Assembly: GCA_964016885.1 (NCBI GenBank)
Contig: OZ024742.1
Coordinates: 368,528,001 to 368,592,000, forward strand
DNA: 64,000 nucleotides
DNA from: Eledone cirrhosa
Taxonomy: Eukaryota
Direction: 5' to 3'
Shown: positions 25,314-38,752 of the stretch, in pieces
Layout: every line of letters begins with the position of its first letter
How positions within the stretch are numbered: position 1 is the stretch's first letter
Made by a program: the position numbers and the translations under genes
Notes under the pieces: generated by a model
Told to the model about the DNA's origin: nothing
Database searches by the model: none
Seen by the model: only the letters and a program-made list of their open reading frames with translations

Positions 25314-25400
25314 ACCTTTACCGAATCGGTTTCGAGTCTCAAAAATAAATGGACAGTGCTTGCGGCCTTCCATTGGAAAGATAAACTCTCGTCAGAAGGT
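25314..25400 (-). ncRNA. Type I hammerhead ribozyme with ~45-nt insertion in stem/loop II
   Basis: Minus: ACCTT-CTGACGA-GAGT...ACTC-GAAA-CCGATTCGG-TA-AAGGT. Confidence 0.87.
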
Positions 25401-25529
25401 TCTTTTCACTCGGAGAATATAAAATTCCCGAGTTCAAATTACGAACTGGCGCTATACAAAATTGTTCCCGAGATGAGAGTGAATGATGTGGAAGCAATTC
25501 TGTCCAGTGCCGTGTGTAAAGATAGAAGC

Positions 25530-25562
<33 letters not shown>

Positions 25563-25606
25563 TATACATATATGAAGTTGTTGTTTTTCGCTAATTTATA
25601 TTTGTA

Positions 25607-25733
<127 letters not shown>

Positions 25734-25784
25734 AAGTATGTATGTATACGTACATACATATATGTATACAGACGTACAGTAGCA

Positions 25785-25859
<75 letters not shown>

Positions 25860-26022
25860 TTGCATACAGGTACACATACATATATGCACGCATCAGTTTA
25901 GCCGACGTTTATTATAACGCCGCTTTGTTCGTTTGTTTGTCAACAAACCGAACAGCCTGAATTTATGCCATACGGTGTTAAGGCAACCACGTCACCTTTT
26001 TGTTCAACACTGACACAGGAAC

Positions 26023-26061
26023 GATGTACTAGTTTCAAGCTTGTTAGCTATCATCAGCACC
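26023..26061 (-). ncRNA. Minimal hammerhead ribozyme
   Basis: GGTG-CTGATGA-tagct-aaca-agctt-GAAA-CTAG-TA-CATC. Confidence 0.85.
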
Positions 26062-26298
26062 GTTTACCCATCTGCCAGATAGTTGAACTTTCGAAAGTAT
26101 ATACTTTCCTTATGATTATTAACGGCTGAGCAGCCTAATTTGCATATTGAGTGAGTTAAATCGGTCAGGCATACCGAAAACGATAAGTTGAAAAAAATGA
26201 AAACGAAATTTCATTTCTCACTCTTAGTATGGCACTTACTTAAATGTAAGTATGTATGTATACGTACATACATATATGTATACAGACGTACAGTAGCA

Positions 26299-26353
<55 letters not shown>

Positions 26354-26589
26354 GCATACAGGTACACATACATATATGCACGCATCAGTTTAGCCGACGT
26401 TTATTATAACGCCGCTTTGTTCGTTTGTTTGTCAACAAACCGAACAGCCTGAATTTTTTTCAACTTATCGTTTTCGGTATGCCTGACCGATTTAACTCAC
26501 TCAATATGCAAATTAGGCTGCTCAGCCGTTAATTTTCATAAGGAAAATATATACTTTCGAACGTTCAACTATCTGGCAGATGGGTAAAC

Positions 26590-26628
26590 GGTGCTGATGA
26601 TAGCTAACAAGCTTGAAACTAGTACATC
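26590..26628 (+). ncRNA. Minimal hammerhead ribozyme
   Basis: Same motif on the + strand. Confidence 0.85.
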
Positions 26629-26792
26629 GTTCCTGTGTCAGTGTTGAACAAAAAGGTGACGTGGTTGCGTTAACACCGTATGGCATAAATTCAGGCTGTT
26701 CGGTTTGTTGACAAACAAACGAACAAAGCGGCGTTATTATAATAAACGTCGGCTAAACTGATGCGTGCATATATGTATGTGTACCTGTATGC

Positions 26793-26836
<44 letters not shown>

Positions 26837-26970
26837 ATATATATATATATATATGCATGCTACTGTACGTCTGTATACATATATGTATGTACGTATACAT
26901 ACATACTTACATTTAAGTAAGAGCCATACTAAGAGTGAGAAATGAAATTTCGTTTTCATTTTTTTCAACT

Positions 26971-27044
<74 letters not shown>

Positions 27045-27266
27045 CATATGTGTATATATTATCCAATTGCCAACACAACGAGAGGTTCAAATCCATAATA
27101 TCGCCCCTAAAGGCGGTTCAAACGGGAACAACTCTGGCTTTCTTTCAAACTCTCCACACAAATATCTCAACTTCAATATCTCTGATCATTAATTATTCAC
27201 CTCTTTTCTATCCTCCTCCTTCTTCTCATTATCTCCTCTTTTTCACTTCTTTTAATCCTCTCTCTC

Positions 27267-27297
<31 letters not shown>

Positions 27298-27327
27298 CTC
27301 TCTATCTATCTATCTATCTATCTATCT

Positions 27328-30160
27328 GTCTCGATAGAATTTAGTAAGGTTCTAGCTGCGGATAGGAATAGGAAGGAAAGGGAGCTAATAGATAGAGTAG
27401 AAGAGGCAATTAGAAGCGGCGACGTGGCCAGAGTGCTAGCGTCGAGAACGGCTTTGAGCCAGTTTTTCGACGCGAAGCACGAAGGCTGCGTTGTCCGAAG
27501 TAAAATACGTGCTCTAGGGAACGAGGGGACCAAAGCTGTTAGCTGGGCCCGCGTGACAGAGGCCAACAGTGGAACTAAATCCACCATCCGGTCTTTGCGA
27601 GACCTGGATGGACGGGCGATTCTTGAGCCTAAGCAGATGTGTGAGGCCTTTCAAAGGCACTTTGCCCGACTGTTCGGGAGGGGCGGGGAACCGGTTGGGA
27701 ACGTGGACTTCGGTCCATACCTCGACGGCCTGCCGCGCCTCTCGGACAGGGAGGCGAAGTCCTGCGAGGAGCCGATTTCGGCCGCTGAGATAGAGGACGT
27801 GCTGAGCCAATGCGGCAAACGCAAATCCCCGGGTCTCGATGGTCTTCCTTACGAATTATATCTAGCTATGCCGGACTTGTTCCCCGATCTCCTCGAGGCG
27901 GTCTACTGCAACTGGCAACAGAACGGGAGAATTCCCTGCACTGTGACCAAGGGCGTAGTCACGCTAGTGAGGAAGGACGAGAACAAGGGGGACGAAATAA
28001 GTAACTTCAGGCCCATAACACTGCTAAATACAGAGTTACAGATTTTGGCCAAGGTGCTAGCAAAGAGGTTGGCGCTTGTCGTGGGCAACCTGGTGGGAGA
28101 TGCGCAGACATGCGCTATCCCGTCCAGGTCCATCCATGACAACCTCCACCTCATGCGATACATCATAGAGAGGGTTGGGAACGAACCCGGCTTTGGTGGG
28201 GCTCTGATCAACTTGGATCAATCTAAGGCGTTCGATAGGGTCGACCATGGTTACCTGGATGCGGTGCTAGCGGCGGCAGGCTTCGGACCCGTTTTCAGGG
28301 GCTGGATCACTGCTATGCACAGCAGCCGCATCTGCTCTAGGGTCAAGGTGAACGGCTACCTCTCGGAGCCGTTCAAAATCGCGCGGTCCATCCGACAAGG
28401 GTGCCCTCTCTCCTCCCTTCTGTATGTGTTGACTCTCGAGCCACTACTGCGGAAGTTGGAGTTGTTGCAGGGCATCCCTTTGGAACCGGGATTGCGGAAA
28501 GCGGTGTCGGCCTACGCCGACGACGTGACAGTAATGGTGTCGACGGCCTCCGAAATCGAGGCGGTCGGCACTTTACTGGAGGAGTACGAAAAGTTCACAG
28601 GGGCTAAGCTGAACCGGGACAAGTCGATCGGTTTGCAACTCGGCACGTGGAGGGGCAGACCGATGCCCTCCGATGGCGTCGTCGGACGCTGGACGGAGGG
28701 CCCGGTGAAGTTACTCGGGGTCTGGTTCGGACCGGACCTCCAGGTGGAGAAAAACTGGGCGGAGGTTACGAACAGGGTGTTTGCACTGACCCAGAAGTGG
28801 GCCAGTTGCAAACTATCCCTGAAAGGTCGGGCGGAGGTGGCGAACACCTACATAGCGTCCGTCATCTACTACCGCCTGACCGTAGTGCCCTGCCCAAGGG
28901 AAACCCTCACCAAGATGGAGCGCGCGCTCTTCCAATTCCTTTGGAAGAGGCGGGCTCCTATGGTGAGGAGATCCATCTGCTGTCAACACCCTTCGAAAGG
29001 AGGGCTGGGGATGCCGTGGCTAATGATGCGTAAACACGCATTAAGGCTACGGCACCTCTACGTATTCCTCACCGGACAACCGGTGTGGGCCTCGTTTGTG
29101 AGACGAACCTTTCCCAGACTCGTCTCACTCACCGAGCTGCAATCGTGGGTCAAGCAAAGACCGAGAAAACTGGGCGCCTGGCACACTGAGTGTGCCCAGG
29201 CGCTCACCGCCCTCTGGCAGGCGGATCCGGTTATCAGTGGAGACTCCACCGCAACATTCTATAGAGGGCTGGTACGCAGCAGGTGCGACGACGCCCTCGG
29301 AGAAGCCCTAGACATGGAGGAGGACGAACTGGCCAGCCTGTTCGGTAGGACATTCAGCCCGGGACCTATGGACAACTTCCAGAAGTCCCTGGCCTGGCAG
29401 TGCTACCGAGGGGCTTTACCCGTTCGAGAAAGGCTCTACAGACACGGGCGCCCGGGTAGGGACCCCGCCAAAAAGATCTGTCCCAGATGCGTGTGCGACG
29501 AGGAAACCGTTGCACACGCATTGGTACACTGCTCGGGCGTAGCCGATCTGTGGGGCTATGTCGAACAACTGCTGTCAAGGGTGGGACCGATCCGGTTGAC
29601 CACCGAGTCTATTGTAATGATCAAGCCGCCTCCCCCCTTCAAAGATGAAGCAGAGGCGGTGTTTCTGTGCGTAATAGCCATGGCGAAAGAGGTTGTATGG
29701 TGGACGCGTCTGAAAGGACTGAGGTCAGACACCTTTCTCTCTGGCCAACAACTGGTCCGTTTCTTCCGATATCATTTCGGAAGAAGGATCAGGATGGAGA
29801 GAGAGGTGCTGCACCCCAGCCGTTTCTATGAAAGATGGGTGAAAGTGGCGAGAATGGCCCGTGTGAATGGGCCTTCACTCTACATCAGACTATAGGTGAG
29901 GAAGATGAAAGACCAAGGGAGCACCCCTTCTCTGTGCTCCTGAGGAGAAGGGTTGCACACTTTTTTCGGGGGTGTGTGCGACCCCCCAAGGCGCCTCCTC
30001 TCTATTGAGGATTTTGTTAAAAATTTTATTTTTTGTTATATCTTATTTTATTTTTATATTTTGTTATTGCCTCCTCCTTATTGAGGACGCCTTTTTGTGT
30101 AAACTCCCCCCTTTGTACTTGTCCCACTTTTGATGCCCTAGTGGCAAATAAAAGAAACTT
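27328..30160 (+). mobile_element. Tx1-clade LINE copy A, 5'-truncated, inserted in (CTAT)n
   Basis: Open RT ORF; 3' end GTGGCAAATAAAAGAAAC; (CTAT)n upstream and TATCTATC downstream. Confidence 0.93.
27424..29895 (+). CDS. LINE ORF2 (RT + C-terminal zinc finger), N-terminally truncated
   Basis: Motifs KSPGLDGLP, FRPITLLN, LDQSKAFDRVDH, IRQGCPLS, YADD, CPRC..ETVAHALVHC. Confidence 0.9.
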   Translation: MARVLASRTALSQFFDAKHEGCVVRSKIRALGNEGTKAVSWARVTEANSGTKSTIRSLRDLDGRAILEPKQMCEAFQRHFARLFGRGGEPVGNVDFGPYLDGLPRLSDREAKSCEEPISAAEIEDVLSQCGKRKSPGLDGLPYELYLAMPDLFPDLLEAVYCNWQQNGRIPCTVTKGVVTLVRKDENKGDEISNFRPITLLNTELQILAKVLAKRLALVVGNLVGDAQTCAIPSRSIHDNLHLMRYIIERVGNEPGFGGALINLDQSKAFDRVDHGYLDAVLAAAGFGPVFRGWITAMHSSRICSRVKVNGYLSEPFKIARSIRQGCPLSSLLYVLTLEPLLRKLELLQGIPLEPGLRKAVSAYADDVTVMVSTASEIEAVGTLLEEYEKFTGAKLNRDKSIGLQLGTWRGRPMPSDGVVGRWTEGPVKLLGVWFGPDLQVEKNWAEVTNRVFALTQKWASCKLSLKGRAEVANTYIASVIYYRLTVVPCPRETLTKMERALFQFLWKRRAPMVRRSICCQHPSKGGLGMPWLMMRKHALRLRHLYVFLTGQPVWASFVRRTFPRLVSLTELQSWVKQRPRKLGAWHTECAQALTALWQADPVISGDSTATFYRGLVRSRCDDALGEALDMEEDELASLFGRTFSPGPMDNFQKSLAWQCYRGALPVRERLYRHGRPGRDPAKKICPRCVCDEETVAHALVHCSGVADLWGYVEQLLSRVGPIRLTTESIVMIKPPPPFKDEAEAVFLCVIAMAKEVVWWTRLKGLRSDTFLSGQQLVRFFRYHFGRRIRMEREVLHPSRFYERWVKVARMARVNGPSLYIRL

Positions 30161-30161
30161 A

Positions 30162-30205
<44 letters not shown>

Positions 30206-30277
30206 TCTCTCCCTCTGTCACTCTCTCTCTGCCTCATACACACACTCTCTTTCAGCCACTCTCCTCCACACACTCAT

Positions 30278-30365
<88 letters not shown>

Positions 30366-30400
30366 TCTCCCTCTCTCACTCTCTCTCTCTCCCTCCCCTT
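30160..30400. repeat. (CT)n microsatellite
   Basis: Directly visible. Confidence 0.95.
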
Positions 30401-30544
30401 CATACACATTTCTATTTCTCATATTTTATTTTTCTCTTCTTTTTGCAACGTATCCAGTTCTTACAATGATTAACTCCCCTTCTCTCTATTATGTACACAC
30501 ACACATACACCTACACACATCCTTGCATACACACACATAACACG

Positions 30545-30628
<84 letters not shown>

Positions 30629-30641
30629 TAAGAGGAATTCC

Positions 30642-31841
<1,200 letters not shown>

Positions 31842-31854
31842 TATATATATAAGA

Positions 31855-32130
31855 ATATTATTCTACGACTTCATTTATACCATAAACGTGGTTTTGTCTT
31901 TGCGTGTAATTGTTCTCATCGCTCCACATAGCGACATATTATGCTAGCGTTTTTCCGCTCTTTGCCAGAGAACGTCTTCACAAACCAAAGTATCGTCTTC
32001 CTGTCTTCCTTCAGTTGCAACGTTTTTCGAAATATTTACATTTAAATATTTGCTCTACGGTTCTTATATATTTGATATATTTATCCTTATCGAGCCCTCT
32101 TTGGATTTTAGTCTTCAAATTTATTATTAT

Positions 32131-32135
<5 letters not shown>
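31855..32135 (+). mobile_element. PLE family C pLTR/3'UTR copy, inverted relative to the main element
   Basis: Reverse complement of parts of 32300-32750, fused to the sequence seen at 35506-35600. Confidence 0.78.
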
Positions 32136-32199
<64 letters not shown>

Positions 32200-32202
<3 letters not shown>

Positions 32203-35200
32203 TAAGATAACAGATTAAAGTTTAAACAAAGAATCGCTGCTTTCACCCATAACGGGATCTTCTGAAACTAACAAAGTCAATCTGTAAACGCAGGAGTGGA
32301 TATTTCAAAAAACGTTGCAACCGGAGGAAGACAGGAAGACGATACTTTGGTTCGTGGAAACGTTCCCTGGCAAAGAACGGGAAAAAACGAATATAATTGT
32401 TTCTAATTTAGGCACAAGGCCAGCAATTACTCAGTGCATTACTGGTACTTTATTTTATCGACCCCGTAAGGATGAAACGCAAAGTCAACCTCGGCGGGAT
32501 TTGAACTCAGAAAAACGAATATAATGCGTCATAAATAGGAGCGGTGAAAAACAATTACGCGCAAAGACAGAACCACGTTTATGGTATAAAAGGGGTCGTA
32601 GACTAATGTTCTCTTATGTGGTTCATAGAGGTGTTCTCTGGCAATGAACGAAAAAAACGAAGATAATAAGTCATATGTGGAGCATGGAGAACAATCGCAC
32701 GCAAAGACAAAACCACGTAAGTGGTATAGCAGAAGTCGTAGACTAAAATTCTAACTAGGAGACCGAATGAATCTCCGCTTCAGAGTTAAGAACAAAGTAA
32801 ATAAATACAATACAGCGGTAATAGAAATTAAATAAATACATACACGCATACAAATACGTACATACACAAGCATATGCGAAAACACTTACCATAGGTATAC
32901 AAAACCACGCACATATAAATATGTGTGTGTGTGTATGCGTGTATACAAATAAATAAATAATTAAATAGACGTATATAAATAAAATACGTATATAACAAGC
33001 GCACACACATACCTACATGTAAATACACAAATGTTCGGAGACGTAAGTCAACCAAAACATGAAGTACACATATACACACACCCTACATACGTACGAACCT
33101 GCATACTCACACAGACGCAAAACTCCCGTATACACATAACCAAATCATGTGTACCAGAATATATAAAATTATACGCCATAACATATACAATCAAATATAC
33201 GTACGAGAAGGTATACGTATCTTCACAAAACATACGGGTAATATATACTTACCTATGCAAATAAGTAATGGTATAAACAAAACATATACTTAGCTACCAT
33301 ATCAAGACGTAAAAAATCCACTTATAGATCGTACTATCCGTTAGGGTATAACGTGGGGCTGTAATACAGGAAAGTTTTGTGCAATTTATGTTTACAAGCC
33401 GAAATTGCCTCAGATTTTTTGTTTAAGATGTGGTCTGTGGCGTAGAGTATTTTCAGGGCCTCAGCGGCGCAGAGGTCACATGTTCTTTTATTTCCGTTAT
33501 ACTATCTAGCCCTAGCTAGGATCTCCCAGTGTAACTTATATTGGGTGTGGTTGTCTTTTAGACTCCAGATATAAGCTGAAAGTGACGCCATATTCATTCT
33601 TAGAGGGTAACGAAAAGAATGGGTATACATGTAAAGACGCTGCTTGAATCTATTAGTGGTTAACCCTATGTAGGCCCTACGGGATGTGGGTGTTTCAACC
33701 TTACATTTGTAGACAATGTTACTAGAGAGGCATTTCCCGGATAGGGGGCAATCAACCCGATTCCTACAATTACAGTTAGTACTAACTACAGGGTGGCACG
33801 TGTTCCTACGGCTAGGTAGTTTAGCTAAATTTGAAGCTGTGATGTTATGTGCAAGGTTAGGAGTCGTAGAGTAAGAAATTTTAATAGTATTTCTATTAAA
33901 AATTTTACTATATTTATGTGTAGGGGGAAAATGCTTCGTAATAAGGGAAAGAAAGATCTTAGGTAATGGTGTGGCCACCTCCATATTATATGGTGGGTTA
34001 TACCAACAAATGCGACGGGATCTATTTCTTCTAGGTCTATTTTCGTACTCTGTATATGCTACCTTATCGACAAATCTACTCCGAGCAAGAGCTTCATTGT
34101 AATAAGTCGAATGGTCGTTGAAAATATGCTCGTTAGTAGAGAGACGGGAAAGCTTCAAAGAAACGTTTCTTACCAGGTTCTTGGTTATGCTGGCAGGATG
34201 GTTGGAATGCTTACTTATGCAATTAAGCGTATCATTCGGCTTTCTATACGGGTAATACAACCCATTCAATAAATTGAGGGTAACGTCGAGGTAATTAACG
34301 ACCGAGAGATTGGCCTCAACCTGTATAGAGAGGTTGAAGCCTTTAAAGAAGGCTGTGAGTTCTTTTCTGAACCTGTCGCAAACACGAGGTCCGCACTTAG
34401 TCATGGTCAAAAGACCATCATCAATGGTACAAACCACCGCCCGCGTTGGGGAATCCGTCCTTGATAGAGAAAAGAAGGAAAAGGCCGATAAGATCAGTAA
34501 CCTCCGCAGAATCGCTGGTGCCCATACTCACGTCGAATGGGGTACTATTGGATTTTTTAATCCAAATAGAGTCGTCGAAATTAATCACCGACTTACGGGC
34601 ATTGAGGATGACATCAACTTCGAAATCCTTAACCACTGTGAGTGTTTTAGCGAAATTGATAGCTCTAAGGAGAAGTGGTAAAGTGATGGAGTAGTAGTAA
34701 TTGTTGATGTCGAATTGGATAAAACGGCAATGTTCCTTGTTGCATATGCCGTTGAACGAATCAATCACCGCGAAGGAGTTGTTCCACAGTGCAAGAGGGG
34801 CCAAACTTCTAATTTCATGTATAATTCTTTCAAGAATCGTTTTACTAAGTCTACCTAAATCGGACTTCGTAGGGTTAATAAGCCGAATAGAGGGGTTGTT
34901 CGGAAAATTGGATTTGTGATCCTTCAGGGTAAAGTGGGGAGAAATAGGGTCCAGAGGTTCGGTCCGGTCCAGGATGTTGAGATCAGATGTGATTTTAAAC
35001 CCAGCATCGTTGATTTCTTTGATGACGCACCGATTAGTTTTACGGGAATCCTTAGTTACAGAATTATGTAGTAGTTGATGGTAAGTACTGCGCTCCGCTT
35101 GATATAGGTTGCCAGTTTTGTCGGAATGGACGTGCACGGCATTAGAATCCTTAATAGAACGAATTCTATTCTTCAGGTCTTGCTGGAAGGAATTGCTCCT

Positions 35201-35711
35201 ATTCGGAAATTTGATACTCCGTATGAGTTCCAAGACATCATTTTCGAAGGGTAGTAATGCTGGGTTACACGGGGGGTTATTATAGGTTTTAAACCCAAAT
35301 TTATCCTGTTTGTTGTCTGCTTTTCGCGGATTATCGAAATAAAAGGCACGCCAAAGCAACCTTTTAATGAACGCGTCTGTTTACTGTATCAGGAGTTTTA
35401 GGTATGTTTTCCTGCTTGGTACGGTTATGTTCTTTGTAGAAATATTCAGATGTTGTTTCTGCATGATGAATATAACTCAATAGAGTGCTCAACCGAGGGA
35501 GCCAAATAGTAATAATAATAAATTTGAAGACTAAAATCCAAAGAGGGCTCGATAAGGATAAATATATATCAAATATATAAGAACCGTAGAGCAAATAATT
35601 TGCTTTACGGTTCTTACATATTTGATATATATTTGATATATATTTGATATAATATTTATCCTTATCGAGCCCTCTTTGTATTTTAGTCTTCAAATTTATT
35701 ATTATTACTAT
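32200..35711 (-). mobile_element. Penelope-like element family C, near full-length, with inverted 5' pLTR
   Basis: Minus ORF from ATG 35464 (MQKQHLNISTKNITVPSRKTYLKLL) through 34421-35359 (RT) and 33502-34437 (EN), with stops and frameshifts. Palindrome 35506-35711 at the 5' end; long 3' UTR. Confidence 0.9.
32395..32510 (-). mobile_element. 5'-truncated Meta-domain-like SINE with 15-bp TSD
   Basis: AAAAACGAATATAAT flanks both sides (~32383-32397 and 32511-32525). Confidence 0.85.
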
Positions 35712-35806
35712 ATATATATATATCTTTCACCGTATTTTTGACTAAAGGAATTTTAGCCTGATAATGGGATTTAGAACCCTCAGATAAATGGAAAAAAGAT
35801 GAGTAT

Positions 35807-35877
35807 TGACGTACATGGGAGTCGAACCCACATCGTTGGTTATCGCGACCACTGCGCTACCATTACACCAACACATC
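35807..35877 (-). tRNA. tRNA-like cloverleaf (pseudo-tRNA)
   Basis: Reverse complement of 36164-36234 with two substitutions. Confidence 0.65.
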
Positions 35878-36163
35878 ACCCATCACCCATCTCTTCCCAT
35901 TCAAATTAGAAACTACATTCTTAGCGAGTTTAAATGGCAAGTAAGTATGTTTTGAAACAGTGAGCAGGTTTGAAATTAGAAAATATATAGCTTTCAACGT
36001 AGGGTTCAAAACCCCATTATCAGGCTAAAATTCCTTTAGTCACAAATACAGTGAAAGCTATATATTTTCTAATTTCAAACCGGCTCACTGTTTCAAAACA
36101 TACTTACTTGCCATTTAAACTCGCTAAGAATGTAGTTTCTAATTTGAATGGAAGGAGATGGGT

Positions 36164-36234
36164 GATGTGTTGGTGTAATGGTAGCACAGTGGTCGCGATA
36201 ACCAAAGATGTGGGTTCGACTCCCATGTACGTCA
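36164..36234 (+). tRNA. tRNA-like cloverleaf, 71 nt (pseudo-tRNA; anticodon position CGA)
   Basis: Acceptor GATGTGT/GTACGTC (G-U rich), A box TGGTGTAATGG, anticodon arm TGGT-cgcgata-ACCA, T arm GTGGG-TTCGACT-CCCAT, and T5 terminator at 36244-36248. Confidence 0.7.
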
Positions 36235-36475
36235 ATACTCATCTTTTTCCATTTATCTGAGGGTTCTAAACCCCATTATCAGGCTAAAATTCCTTTAGTC
36301 AAAAATACGGTGAAAGCTATATATTTTCTAATTTCAAACCTGCTCACTGTTTCAAAACATACTTACTTGCCATATATATATATATATATATATAATAATA
36401 ATTATTATTATTATAAAATGTGGAGAAGGAGCACACGAGTTGGAATATATATATATATGTGTGTGTGTATCTATC

Positions 36476-36519
<44 letters not shown>

Positions 36520-36794
36520 AATATAAATTCAGCGAGAATCGTATTTCGTCGGGTAGAAATTAGCGAAACACAATTTCCGATATGTGTGGCAAGCGCTCCA
36601 TGGACCAAAAGAGACCAGAGCAATAAACATATGTTATAAAGGCCATACCAACTGAGACGGCGGATAAGAAGCTATCAACCAGCTAAGCCAAAAAAACGAA
36701 GTAAGCTAAACGGGTCGAACAAAACAAAATATGAATGAAATATTTACCCGATGAAATATTTACCCGATAAAATATTTACCCGATGAAATATATA

Positions 36795-36881
<87 letters not shown>

Positions 36882-36894
36882 GAAATTACTGTTT

Positions 36895-37245
36895 ACATAT
36901 ATGTATTTGAATTTCGTATTACGAAAGAAATACGGTATGTTTATAAATAAACGTTTAGAAAGCTGTAGCTGTGAAAAACACTGGCAGCTAACGCCACCAG
37001 GCGGAGCCCGGCAGAAATAAGGAGGACAATCCTCGATGCATTTCGAACTCGGCTGGTTCTCTTCAGGACGATCTCTCCTGCTGTTGTAACTGCTGGACTT
37101 TGAAAACAGGCGAAAATATAGTTTTTTCGTCGGTGTAAATGATGGCGTTAGCTGCCAGTGTTATTCATAGCTATGGCTTCCCAAATGCATATTTATAAAC
37201 ATACCGTATTTCTTTAGAAATATGAAATGCAAATACATATATATA
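36895..37245. repeat. Fold-back cassette (~100-bp diverged arms) with hammerhead in the spacer
   Basis: 36895-36997 is inverted at 37142-37245. Minus-strand hammerhead at 37031-37070: CTGAAGA-GAAC-cagccga-GTTC-GAAA-TGCA-TC. Confidence 0.82.
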
Positions 37246-37689
37246 TATAGAGAGAGAGAGATAGATAAAGAGAGAGAGAGAATAGATAGATAGATAGATA
37301 TTGATACATACATATAAATATATTCTCTCTCCCTTTCTCTGCATTTCTTTCTTTATCTCTCATTCTCCCTAATCTCTCCCCCTACCCATCTCTCCATCCA
37401 TCCATCTCTCTCTCTCTCACCAACTCACTCTCTCTCCCCTCTCACTCTCTCTCACTCCCTGCCACTCTCACACCTACTCTATATCTCCCTCCCTCTCTCT
37501 CATTAACTCCTTTTGTGTCTCCCTCTCTTTCCCTCCCTTTCTCACTCCCTCCCTTTCTCACTCCCTCCCTCTCGCTCACCCACTCTCTCTTATTTAACCA
37601 TATATATATAATATACATATATACACATATATATGTTTTTGTGTGCATATATCTATGTATCCATACATACATATATATATATACATATA

Positions 37690-38074
37690 TGCCGTTAATA
37701 TGCATAAGGAAAGTATATAATTTCAGACGTTCAACCATCTCGCAGGAAGGTATACGATGCTGACGATAGCTAATAAGCTTGAAACTAGTACATCGTTCCT
37801 GTGTCAGTGTTGAACAAAAAGTTGACGTGGTTGCCTAAACACTGTACGGCGTAATTCGGGCTGTTTGTTTGTTTACAAATAAACAAACCGAACATTATAA
37901 TAAATGTTCGGTAAACCGATACGTGCATATATATATGTGTGCATGTATGTATATATATACATACTACTGTACGTCTGTATACATATATGTATGTACGTAT
38001 ACATACATACATACTTACATTTAAGTAAGTGCCGTACTAAGAGTGAGAAATGAAATTTCGTTTCATTCTATTCC

Positions 38075-38078
<4 letters not shown>
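37690..38078 (+). mobile_element. Diverged third copy of the ~500-bp hammerhead element
   Basis: Homologous to 26525-26960. Hammerhead at 37754-37796: ACGATG-CTGACGA-tagct..agctt-GAAA-CTAG-TA-CATCGT. Confidence 0.87.
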
Positions 38079-38108
<30 letters not shown>

Positions 38109-38323
38109 CATATATAACAAAGGAATTGTGGTAAGGAACCAGATGGACCGTAACGCACCAGAGAAGTACTCAATACTTAAGGCAGTAGAGTAGGGAATAG
38201 GAAAAAGTATGACCCCGACGGCAGAGCTCAATAAATACATACATTTGTAATATATGTATATATATTTCCCAACTATGTTGGAAGATTTAAATTACAATAT
38301 AAACAATTTCAAATAGTTTCAAA

Positions 38324-38752
38324 TAATTGTTTCTACGTTAGGCACAAGGCCAGCAATTATCTCAGTGTATTACTGGTACCTTATTTTATCGACCCCGTAA
38401 GGATGAAAGGCAAAGTTAACCTCGGCGGGATTTGAACTCAGAATGGCAAGGGCCGTAACTCTTTGCTGCAAAGCATAGCGTCCGACCCTCTACCGATACT
38501 GCCAATCCCCCGCCAGTAAATAATTTCAAATAATGGTTTCTTATATAGGCACAAGGCCAGTAATTTGGGGGGAGGGGAAAGTCGATTAAATCGACCCCAG
38601 TGCGTGACTAGTACTTTATTTTATCGACCCCATAAGGATGAAAGGCAAAGTTAACCTCGGCGGGATTTGAGCTCAGATCATAAAGAGCCGTAACTCTATG
38701 CTGCAAAGCATGGCGTCCAACCCTCTACCGATACTGCCAATCCTCCGCCAGT
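38324..38752 (-). mobile_element. Two tandem Meta-domain-like SINEs
   Basis: Copies at ~38324-38515 and ~38530-38752. Confidence 0.87.

Larger units (their letters stand above)
35725..36372. mobile_element. tRNA-like cassette element locus 1: inverted unit + direct repeat-tRNA-direct repeat
   Basis: 113-bp direct repeats at 36001-36113 and 36260-36372 (period 259); inverted copy at 35725-35998; (TA)n on both sides. Confidence 0.85.

Noticed and set aside
36164-36234. Functional tRNA-Ser(CGA) gene
   Set aside because: No long variable arm, G instead of U33, G-U-rich acceptor and variable anticodons among copies; treated as tRNA-like.
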